The translations under genes were made by a program, and so were the position numbers. The notes below the pieces were generated by a model. That model saw nothing but the letters and a program-made list of their open reading frames with translations, was not told the origin of the DNA and did no database searches. This document shows, piece after piece, positions 56,475-64,000 of a stretch of 64,000 nucleotides of DNA. How positions within the stretch are numbered: position 1 is the stretch's first letter; each line of letters opens with the position of its first letter. The DNA comes from Gemmatimonadaceae bacterium (GTDB lineage Bacteria; Gemmatimonadota; Gemmatimonadetes; Gemmatimonadales; Gemmatimonadaceae), in the NCBI GenBank assembly GCA_025450035.1, contig JANWIF010000012.1, positions 7,317 to 71,316 on the forward strand. The letters are read 5' to 3'.

Positions 56475-58646
56475 CTAGTAGAAACGTCGACCCTGAGCGG
56501 CACGTTCGACGAGCAGTCGCGCCGGTTCAAAGCGCGGCGCGAACCGCCCGTGGTAAACTTCGAGTTGACGGACGATGTGCGCGATGCCCACGGCGTCGAC
56601 GTATCGGAACGGGCCGCCCCGGAACGGCGGGAACCCGATCCCGAACACGGCCCCAACATCCCCATCGCGCGCCGAGTGCAGAACGCCTTCTTCCAGACAA
56701 CGCGCCGCCTCGTTTACCATGGCAAGCACGCATCGCTGCTGCAGCTCCAGCACCGGGATTTCGGTGCGATGTACGCCCGTGGGGAGCAGCGCGTACACGC
56801 TCTCGTCCACGCCACCTTTCCGGCCGCCGGGCGCGTCATAGCGATAGAATCCGCTGCCACCTTTCCGTCCCTGGCGCCCGGATGCCACTACACGTGCCAG
56901 CGCTTGCGACGGCGCGAGGCGCGCACCGAATGACTCGCGCAGCACCGCACCCACCTTGGCGCCAACGTCGAGCCCTACTTCATCCATCAGCGTGATCGGC
57001 CCGACGGGAAATCCGAACTCGACGAGCGCGCGATCGAGCACATCGATGGCTACGCCTTCATCCAGCAGGTATCCGGCCTCGTTCATGAACGCGGCGAGCG
57101 TACGCGTAGTGTAGAATCCGGGGCCATCGCTCACGACGATGACGTGTTTGCCCAACTGCTTGCCGTACGCCACCGCGGTTGCGGTGGCCACGCCGGACGT
57201 GCGCGGCGTCATGATCACTTCGAGCAGCGGCATCTTCTGCACGGGAGAAAAAAAGTGCATGCCAAGCACTTGCTCCGGCCGCATCGACGACGCCGCAATG
57301 CGGGCGATGGGAATCGTGCTGGTGTTCGAGGCGTAGATCGCATCGCTCGGGATCACGCGCTCGGCTTCCTGCAACACACGCTCCTTGAGCGCGCGGTCCT
57401 CGAACACCGCTTCGATCACCAGGTCGACGTCGGAGAATCCCGAGTAGTCGGTAGTGCCGCCCACCAGGACCATCTGGTCCTCGAACTGGCGGTGCGTGAC
57501 CTGCTTCTTTGTGAGGCGTTCGCGCAGCACGTCGCTCACCGCCTTGAGGCCCTTGGCCACGCGCGCCGGGTCGGCATCCTTGAGGCGCACCACGGTGCCC
57601 TGCATCGCCGCCACGGCGGCGATGCCGGATCCCATGAACCCGGCGCCGAGTATGCCTAACTTGCGAACCGGGCGGGGCGCGATCGGCACCGGCGTGCCCG
57701 GGTCCTTCTTGAGCGCACTCGTGGCGAAAAACAAAAATACCAATTGGCGCGATACATCGGTCATCGCCATGTCGCCGAACAGCCGGGACTCTTCGGCGTA
57801 CCCGCGATCCGACCCCAGGTCGAACCCGGCCTTCACGGCGTCGATGGCGGCCAGCGGAGCCGGATAATTGCCGTGCGTCTTGGCCAGCGCGCCGGCGCGC
57901 GCCTGGCGGAACACGAGCGCGCGGCCGAGGGGATTGCTCTCAAGCACGACGCTCGCGGCGCTGCGCGACGCACGGCGTTGCCGTCGCGGAATCGTGCCGT
58001 CGGCCAGTTGCCGGGCGCGATCGAGCGCGACGTCGCGCAAAATCGCTGGGTGGACCATCTCATCCACCAGGCCCATCTGTAGCGCTTTTTTTGAACGCAC
58101 GTTCCGTCCGGTGAGAATCATGTCCAACGCCGCGCGCAACCCTACCAAACGCGGCAGCCGTTGCGTCCCGCCGGCGCCGGGAATGATACCGAGCTGAACT
58201 TCGGGAAGCGCTAGCACACTCTTTGGATGGTCGGTGACAATACGATACGCGCTGGCCAACGCCGCCTCGAGCCCACCGCCCAGGCACGCGCCATGGATCG
58301 CGACCACGACCGGCGCGCGCAGCGTCTCGAGTCGGCGCAGCAGCGACTGACCGGTCCGGCTGAGCGCCTCACCGTCCTGCGCGCTGCCCAGGGCAACGAA
58401 CTCCTCGATATCGGCGCCGGCGATGAAGTTCTCCGTCTTTCCCGACATGAGGACCACCGCGCGAATCGTCGTATCGCGCTCTACACGATCGAACAGCGCG
58501 GCGAAGTCGCTCATCACCGCGGCGCCGAGCGTGTTGACCGACGCGCCCGCGACGTCCAGGGTCGCGACGGCAATGCCGTTCTCGATGACGACGGAGAGGG
58601 CGCCGCTACCGTTAGGCAGCGAGGTGTCAGGGGCGGCGGCGCTCAC
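56475..58646 (-). CDS. fadJ: Fatty-acid oxidation complex alpha subunit (enoyl-CoA hydratase / 3-hydroxyacyl-CoA dehydrogenase)
   Basis: Crotonase domain (FIAGADI), NAD-binding ILGAGFMGSGIA, and 3HCDH C-domains. GTGA overlap with the thiolase stop. Confidence 0.9.
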   Translation of the reverse strand: MSAAAPDTSLPNGSGALSVVIENGIAVATLDVAGASVNTLGAAVMSDFAALFDRVERDTTIRAVVLMSGKTENFIAGADIEEFVALGSAQDGEALSRTGQSLLRRLETLRAPVVVAIHGACLGGGLEAALASAYRIVTDHPKSVLALPEVQLGIIPGAGGTQRLPRLVGLRAALDMILTGRNVRSKKALQMGLVDEMVHPAILRDVALDRARQLADGTIPRRQRRASRSAASVVLESNPLGRALVFRQARAGALAKTHGNYPAPLAAIDAVKAGFDLGSDRGYAEESRLFGDMAMTDVSRQLVFLFFATSALKKDPGTPVPIAPRPVRKLGILGAGFMGSGIAAVAAMQGTVVRLKDADPARVAKGLKAVSDVLRERLTKKQVTHRQFEDQMVLVGGTTDYSGFSDVDLVIEAVFEDRALKERVLQEAERVIPSDAIYASNTSTIPIARIAASSMRPEQVLGMHFFSPVQKMPLLEVIMTPRTSGVATATAVAYGKQLGKHVIVVSDGPGFYTTRTLAAFMNEAGYLLDEGVAIDVLDRALVEFGFPVGPITLMDEVGLDVGAKVGAVLRESFGARLAPSQALARVVASGRQGRKGGSGFYRYDAPGGRKGGVDESVYALLPTGVHRTEIPVLELQQRCVLAMVNEAARCLEEGVLHSARDGDVGAVFGIGFPPFRGGPFRYVDAVGIAHIVRQLEVYHGRFAPRFEPARLLVERAAQGRRFY

Positions 58647-59944
58647 GAAGCGTTCTCCAGCACCATCGCGAACCCCATACCGCCGGCGGAGCAGACGGTC
58701 ATCATCCCGAACTGTCCGCCCCGGCGTTTCAGCTCGTGGGCCAGCGTCATCGTGATGCGCGCGCCGGTCGCGCCGAACGGATGGCCGATGGCGATCGATC
58801 CGCCCATCACATTGAGCCGCGAGCGGTCCACTTCGCCTACCGGATGCGAGAGGCCGGCCCGCTCGGCCCAGGCCTGGCTCTCGAAGCCGTTGAGGTTTGA
58901 CAACACCTGCGCCGCGAAGGCCTCGTGCATCTCGACCAGATCGATGTTGGCGAGTGCCAGGCCGGCCCGGGCCAGCGCAGTCGGCGCCGCCAGGACCGGC
59001 GCCTGCAGCAGCTGCTCACCGGGGTCAAGGGCTGCGTACGCGTATGAGCGCACGAACGCTAACGGCGCATAGCCTAACGCACGAGCCTTCGCCTCGCTCA
59101 TGAGGATCACCGCCGCCGCGCCATCCGTGAGCGGCGAAGAGTTGCCGGCCGTCACCGTCCCGTACCTCCGGTCGAACACGGGCTTGAGCGCCGCGAGCTG
59201 CTCGAGGCTCGTGTCCGTGCGCACCCCGTTGTCGGCCGACAACCAGGTATCGTATTTCGGCGGCACGTACAGCGTCATCATCTCCGCCGCGAGCCGGCCA
59301 TCCTGCGTCCCCGCAGCAGCCAACCGGTGCGACCGCAGCGCGAACTGATCCTGTTCCTCGCGCGGAATGTGGTTGAGTTTGGCCATCTTCTCGGCCGACT
59401 GCCCCATCGTCTCGCCGGTGGACGGCTCCGCAATCGCTGGCGTGACGGGCACCAGGTCGCGCGCCCGCACGCCCGCGAAGGCACCAACCCGCCCGCCTAA
59501 CGAGCGAGCTCGGCTCGCCTTCATGAGCGCGTCGGAGAATCCCCGCGAGTGCAGGATCGGCACGTTGGACAACGACTCCGCACCGCCCGCGATCGCCACG
59601 TCCGCGTGGCCGAGTACGATCTGGTCCGCCGCGTCCGTGATCGCTTGATTCGCCGACGCGCACGCCCGCCCAACGGTGTAGGCCTGTATGCCCTTCGGCA
59701 GCATGGGCAGCAGCGCCACCTCGCGCGCCAGGTTGGGCGCGAGCACCGATGGCACAACGGTGCCGAACACCAGGAGATCGATCTCGCGCGGATCGAGCGT
59801 GGTCCGCTCCAACAACTCGGCAACCACCGCGCGCCCCATCTGCTCCGTGGTCATCGCCTTGAGCGCCGAGCCGGCCTTTGCAAACGGCGTCCTGAGCCCG
59901 CCGACAATCGCCACCCGCCGACCGCCACTGCTATAGCTTTCCAT
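58643..59944 (-). CDS. fadI: 3-ketoacyl-CoA thiolase (FadI-like beta subunit)
   Basis: Thiolase motifs VGRACASANQA, GGSIAIGHPFGATG and CSAGGMG. Confidence 0.9.
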   Translation of the reverse strand: MESYSSGGRRVAIVGGLRTPFAKAGSALKAMTTEQMGRAVVAELLERTTLDPREIDLLVFGTVVPSVLAPNLAREVALLPMLPKGIQAYTVGRACASANQAITDAADQIVLGHADVAIAGGAESLSNVPILHSRGFSDALMKASRARSLGGRVGAFAGVRARDLVPVTPAIAEPSTGETMGQSAEKMAKLNHIPREEQDQFALRSHRLAAAGTQDGRLAAEMMTLYVPPKYDTWLSADNGVRTDTSLEQLAALKPVFDRRYGTVTAGNSSPLTDGAAAVILMSEAKARALGYAPLAFVRSYAYAALDPGEQLLQAPVLAAPTALARAGLALANIDLVEMHEAFAAQVLSNLNGFESQAWAERAGLSHPVGEVDRSRLNVMGGSIAIGHPFGATGARITMTLAHELKRRGGQFGMMTVCSAGGMGFAMVLENAS

Positions 59945-59965
59945 ACACGTAAACTTAGAACGGCA

Positions 59966-60066
59966 GATGGGGCGGGACTAGAGCGGGAACGAAGCGGGAT
60001 GGTTGATGTTCTTCCCCTCTAGTGGGCTGCGTCCACTGACCCCACTATCTTCTCATCCCCCCGCTC
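59966..60066. repeat. Family A-like purine/pyrimidine hairpin element, copy 4 (divergent fadI/glpD promoter region)
   Basis: CTAGAGCGGGAACGAAGCGGGATGG..GTTCTTCCCCTCTAG hairpin, then CCCACTATCTTCTCATCCCCCCGCTCC. Shares GGGAACGAAG with copy 1, and GGAAGAAC (as its reverse complement GTTCTTCC) and AGCGGGG-type words (reverse complement CCCCGCT) with copies 2 and 3. Confidence 0.4.
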
Positions 60067-60067
60067 C

Positions 60068-61672
60068 ATGCCCGTCGCCTTTTCCCCGTCCTCCCGGCCC
60101 GCCCTCGTCTCCGCCCTCACCACCACGCCCTTCGACGTTCTCGTGATTGGCGGCGGCATCGTCGGCGCGGGCACAGCGCGCGACGCCGCATTGCGGGGGC
60201 TGCGCGTCGCGCTCGTGGAGCGTGAGGATTTTGCGAGTGGCACGTCGAGCCGCTCGTCCCGTCTCATCCACGGCGGACTGCGCTACTTGGAGCACGGGCA
60301 GCTCCATCTCGTGTTCGAGGCGAGCCGGGAACGCCGGACACTCATGCACGTCGCGCCGCACCTGGTGCGTCCGCTGCAGTTCGTGTGGCCCATGTTCGAC
60401 CACGCACGCATCGCGCCGTGGAAGGTGCGCGCCGGGCTGACGCTCTATGACGCGCTGGCGCTCTTCCGCAACGTGTCGCGCCATCGGGTGGTGAACGCAG
60501 GGGCCGTGACCGCGATCGAGCCGGCGCTCCGCCAGAGCGGCTTGCGCGGTGGCGCGGTCTACTTCGACGCCACAACCGACGATGCCCGCCTAACGCTGGC
60601 CAACGCGCGGGCGGCACACGATGCGGGCGCGACGGTCGTGAGCCGCGTCGAAGTGAACCGCCTGCTCCTCGACACGGGCGCGGTGCGCGGCGCCTGCGCC
60701 CGCGACGTGCTCACCGGACGCACGATCGACATCACCGCGCGCATGGTCGTCAACGCGACCGGCCCGTGGAGCGATACCATTCGCCGGCTCGCCGACCCGG
60801 ACGCCACGCCCTCGGTGCGCGGCACCAAGGGCGTGCACATCGCGCTGCCGCGCGCCCGCGTGGGCAACACCGGTGCGCTCACGCTCCTGTCCCCGATCGA
60901 CGGCCGCGTGTTCTTCGTGCTCCCGGCCGGACAGACGACCATTGTCGGCACGACCGACACCGATTACGACGGATCGCTCGACGCGGTGCGCGCGACCCCT
61001 GCTGATGTCGCCTACCTGCTGCGCTCCGCCAATGCGTACTTCCCCGCAACGGCGCTCGTGGCCGCCGATGTCGTGGCCGCGTGGGCGGGAATCCGTCCGC
61101 TGATTGGCGGCGATGCGCACCACCCCGATGCGTTGTCCCGCGAACATGCAGTGACGTTCACTGCGCCGGGGCTCATCACCGTCACCGGCGGAAAGCTCAC
61201 CACGTACCGCGTGATGGCGCACGACGTGGCGAACGCCGCCCAACGCGCTCTCGGCCAACCGGTGCGCCCCGCGGACACGGCGCACCTCCCGCTTCCGGGT
61301 GGCGCGATCACGTCGATGGACGCCGAGCGCGACGACGCGGAGCATCGCACCGGATCGCGCGACCTGGCCACGCACCTGGTGTTCCGCTACGGCACGGAAT
61401 GGCGCGACGTGTGGTCGCTCGCCGAGCACGATCGCGGCCTGGCGCGCCCGCTCGCATCGCCGCTGCCCGACATCGCCGCCGAGCTCCAATGGGCGGTGGA
61501 TCACGAGATGGCCCTCTCGTTAGGCGACCTGTTGATTCGCCGCCTCCACCTGGCGTTCGAGACCGCGGATCACGGCCGCGCCGTCGCGCAGGCGATCGCC
61601 GCGCAGTTTGGGTGGCAGAACACGGAGGTGGAGCGATACGCTGCCGAAGCGCACGCGATCTTCGGCGTCTAA
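60068..61672 (+). CDS. glpD: FAD-dependent glycerol-3-phosphate dehydrogenase
   Basis: DVLVIGGGIVGAGTARDAALRG, GTSSRSSRLIHGGLRYLE, and the GlpD C-terminal domain. Confidence 0.92.
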   Translation: MPVAFSPSSRPALVSALTTTPFDVLVIGGGIVGAGTARDAALRGLRVALVEREDFASGTSSRSSRLIHGGLRYLEHGQLHLVFEASRERRTLMHVAPHLVRPLQFVWPMFDHARIAPWKVRAGLTLYDALALFRNVSRHRVVNAGAVTAIEPALRQSGLRGGAVYFDATTDDARLTLANARAAHDAGATVVSRVEVNRLLLDTGAVRGACARDVLTGRTIDITARMVVNATGPWSDTIRRLADPDATPSVRGTKGVHIALPRARVGNTGALTLLSPIDGRVFFVLPAGQTTIVGTTDTDYDGSLDAVRATPADVAYLLRSANAYFPATALVAADVVAAWAGIRPLIGGDAHHPDALSREHAVTFTAPGLITVTGGKLTTYRVMAHDVANAAQRALGQPVRPADTAHLPLPGGAITSMDAERDDAEHRTGSRDLATHLVFRYGTEWRDVWSLAEHDRGLARPLASPLPDIAAELQWAVDHEMALSLGDLLIRRLHLAFETADHGRAVAQAIAAQFGWQNTEVERYAAEAHAIFGV

Positions 61673-61685
61673 CCGAGCGGCGGCC

Positions 61686-62162
61686 TTACCGTCCCGCGCG
61701 CTCATGAATCGTCGCCAGCTCCATGATCTGCAGCTGTCGCGTCGACGCCGGAAGCTTGAGGAGCGTGACATCGCCCACGCCCTTCCCCACCCACGCGCGC
61801 CCGATCGGCGAGGACATCGTCACGTGCCCCTCCTCGAACTCGACGGCGTCGCCGAACACCAGGTTGTACACCTCGAGCGTGCCACTCTTGACATCCTTCA
61901 CCGTCACGCGCGAGCCTAACCCAACTTTGTCGGTCGGAATCTGGCTAATGTCGATCTGCGACAGCTTGCTCAACCGCTGGCGCAGCTGACCCAGTCGCGC
62001 CTGTACGAACTGTTGGCGTTCGAGCGCAGCCTTGTACTCGCTGTTCTCGCGTAGATCGCCCAGCTCCACCGCCTTCCGAATCTCTTGCGGGAGCACGACG
62101 TTCAACTCGTGCTGCAAGCGCTCGACCTCGCCGTGCAGCTTCTCCTTCAGCTCTTCGATCAT
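61686..62162 (-). CDS. greA: Transcription elongation factor GreA
   Basis: Coiled-coil N-domain (GDLRENSEYKAALERQ) and a C-terminal FKBP-like domain. ATG 62162; the ORF-track start at 62180 is TTG. Confidence 0.92.
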   Translation of the reverse strand: MIEELKEKLHGEVERLQHELNVVLPQEIRKAVELGDLRENSEYKAALERQQFVQARLGQLRQRLSKLSQIDISQIPTDKVGLGSRVTVKDVKSGTLEVYNLVFGDAVEFEEGHVTMSSPIGRAWVGKGVGDVTLLKLPASTRQLQIMELATIHERAGR

Positions 62163-62188
62163 CGGACCATCACGACGCAAAAAGTGGA

Positions 62189-62213
62189 GCGCCCGGCCAC
62201 CGGGGCCGGGCGC
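62189..62213 (-). promoter_or_regulatory. Perfect 10-bp GC hairpin in the greA leader, followed on the gene strand by ..TCCAC-TTTTT
   Basis: GCGCCCGGCC-ACCGG-GGCCGGGCGC, with a T5 run 5 nt downstream on the minus strand, 20-30 nt before the greA ATG. Confidence 0.45.
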
Positions 62214-62384
62214 CTGTCCTCATGCCTGCTGCCGCCCTCTGCCTACCGGGAAAAACGTGTCGGTCCACGACGCGCACCTGGGCGCGCTCCACGGCGCGCC
62301 CGCGCCGACGGCGCGGATCCAAACACTCGTCCTCGAAGGGCAATGCGGCGGCTCATATCTCCATACTAGGCGCCGAACGCGACG

Positions 62385-63215
62385 GTGTCCACCCTGCCAG
62401 GCGCGCACCCGCCGGCGTACACTACGGCGATGCTTCGCCTCGAGATGTACGACGACGTGACGCGCGTCGTGATGTCGACCGCGATCAGCCGTTCGATCGG
62501 CTACGAGGTGAGTGCGTATCTCGTCCGCGGCGTCTTGATCGACGTGGGCTTCCCGGCGGTCGCGCGAGAACTGGCGGCAGTCCTCGAGCAGGCACGGCCG
62601 TCAGGCGCGATGATCACGCATCATCACGAGGACCACGCCGGCAACGTGCAGCTCGCCGCCCATGCGGGCCTGCCCATCGCCGCGTCCGAGGCGACACTCC
62701 ACCTGCTGCGCGCCCGTCCGCGGCTCGCGCCCTACCGGCGCATCATCTGGGGCACCCCGCCGCATCTGCTCGCGCCGATCATTCCGTTCACGAGCGAGAC
62801 GCTCAGGCTCGTGCCGACGCCCGGCCACGCCGCGGACCACCATATCGTGTGGGACGCCGAACGCGAAGCGATGTTCGGTGGCGACCTCTTTCTCGGCGTG
62901 AAAGTTCGCGCCGCGCACGCCGAGGAGCATCCGCGGCAGCTGGTCGCCAGCCTGCGCGCCGCCGCGGCCCTTCGCCCAACGCGGCTGTTCGATGCCCACC
63001 GAGGGCTGGTGCGCGATCCCGTGTCGGCGCTGCTGGCCAAGGCCGATTGGCTGGACGCCACGGTCGATGCCGTCGACCAGCGCATTGCCGCCGGGTGGTC
63101 CGACCGGGCGATCGCGCGGGCGTTGCTCGGACGCGAGGAGCTCGCGTACCATCTCTCGCGCGGCGCCATGTCCAAAATCAATCTGGTGGCCCGCGTGCGA
63201 GCCACGCACCCGTGA
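62385..63215 (+). CDS. MBL-fold metallo-hydrolase (start GTG 62385 or ATG 62430)
   Basis: Motif ITHHHEDHAGN (HxHxDH) and downstream His/Asp ligands (TPGHAADH). Confidence 0.85.
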   Translation: MSTLPGAHPPAYTTAMLRLEMYDDVTRVVMSTAISRSIGYEVSAYLVRGVLIDVGFPAVARELAAVLEQARPSGAMITHHHEDHAGNVQLAAHAGLPIAASEATLHLLRARPRLAPYRRIIWGTPPHLLAPIIPFTSETLRLVPTPGHAADHHIVWDAEREAMFGGDLFLGVKVRAAHAEEHPRQLVASLRAAAALRPTRLFDAHRGLVRDPVSALLAKADWLDATVDAVDQRIAAGWSDRAIARALLGREELAYHLSRGAMSKINLVARVRATHP

Positions 63216-63221
63216 CCATCG

Positions 63222-64000
63222 TTAGGCACCTGCGCCGGCGGCCGCCGCGGCCGCCGCCTCGCGGCGCAACGCGTCCATCATCTCACCACGCCGCTCGTAG
63301 AGACGCTTCAGCGGCCGCGGCGCGCACCTGGCGAGCGCGTACGACGTGAGCAGCGGCAGCGCGATCGTCGCGTCGGTGTAGCACACCACCGCGTCGGGCA
63401 GCCGGTCGGGATCGATCTTCCCCCAACTCACCGCTTCCGCCGGCGTGGCGCCCGATAGACCGCCCGTGTCGGCACGCGCATCGGTCACCTGCAGGAAGAA
63501 GTCGTGCCCCTTCTCGTCGATGCCTAACACTTCCTGGATTTGCGGCTCCGTCTGCAGCATGAAATTCTTCGGGCTGCCACCGCCCATGATCATCACCGCA
63601 CTCTTCCCACCGCCCCGCTTGGCCGCCAGCACGATCGCCGCCGTCTCGTTCACGTCGAGGTTGGGGTCGATCACCAGCGCGTTCCCCTCCAACGCCAGCG
63701 CCGCCACGTTCATCCCGATCGAGGAATCGCCCGGCGATGACGTATAGATGGGCACGCTCGCCGAGTGCGCCGCCGAGAGTAGCGAACGCTGGCCTATGCC
63801 TAACGCATCCTCGCGCTCACGCACGTATCGCCCGCAGAGCCAGTGAAACTCGCCGCTCGACATCGGCCGCTGAAACTCCGGGCTGCGCATGATCTGCCGG
63901 AAGAACGCGTCCGTGGACAGTAACACGTCGTAGTCGAAGAAGATATCATAGATGCGAACGACCCCCTCGGTGCGCAGCACGACGTCGCTCTCCTGCGCGT
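63222..64000 (-). CDS. Deoxyhypusine synthase-like protein; N-terminus lies beyond the window
   Basis: DHS family pattern ([17 protein letters not shown].., [27 protein letters not shown]). The frame stays open to position 64000. Confidence 0.85.
   Translation of the reverse strand, partial: AQESDVVLRTEGVVRIYDIFFDYDVLLSTDAFFRQIMRSPEFQRPMSSGEFHWLCGRYVREREDALGIGQRSLLSAAHSASVPIYTSSPGDSSIGMNVAALALEGNALVIDPNLDVNETAAIVLAAKRGGGKSAVMIMGGGSPKNFMLQTEPQIQEVLGIDEKGHDFFLQVTDARADTGGLSGATPAEAVSWGKIDPDRLPDAVVCYTDATIALPLLTSYALARCAPRPLKRLYERRGEMMDALRREAAAAAAAGAGA

Noticed and set aside
1-64000. TTAGGC as a telomere-type repeat (the hexamer equals the nematode telomere unit).
   Set aside because: Copies are never tandem, occur singly about 1 kb apart inside bacterial genes, and appear in both orientations. 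The resemblance is coincidental.

Overview
A 64-kb chromosomal segment at roughly two-thirds G+C. Gene content and protein sequences look Gemmatimonadota-like, but that is a low-confidence inference. I support about 55 protein-coding genes. They are mostly housekeeping and signalling genes: lon, a PBP1A, nadE, a translationally coupled cheA-cheW-mcp-cheR-cheD-cheY-cheX operon, three Hanks-type Ser/Thr kinases, and two ECF sigma/ZAS anti-sigma pairs. Also present are a TPR-CHAT protein, pqqBCD, an M16 peptidase pair, a ClC channel, rsgA, a proline/peptide catabolism cluster, fadJ/fadI-like genes, glpD and greA. I found no rRNA, tRNA, CRISPR array, transposase or integrase, so there is no convincing mobile element or classical defence island. 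Long antisense or alternate-frame ORFs in the track are GC artefacts. Four things stand out. (1) 37952-38146 holds a 33-codon Cys/Met/His-rich leader ORF with textbook mutually exclusive 1:2, 2:3 and 3:4 RNA pairings. It ends in the only canonical hairpin-plus-U7 terminator of the window, directly upstream of sulfurtransferase-osmC-cysK, which makes it a candidate cysteine-sensing ribosome-mediated attenuator. (2) The heptamer GTTAGGC/GCCTAAC occurs about 61 times, roughly 1 per kb and about 9-fold over the composition expectation. It appears in all usable reading frames, forces otherwise rare TTA/CTA codons, and shows no strand polarity. (3) Two families of intergenic repeats are present: polypurine/polypyrimidine hairpin elements, and an ACGTG-YY-ACGTGCG-core element. 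(4) pqqBCD has no recognisable pqqA and no pqqE, with a PAS histidine kinase in the pqqE position. All counts and foldings were done by eye and need computational confirmation.
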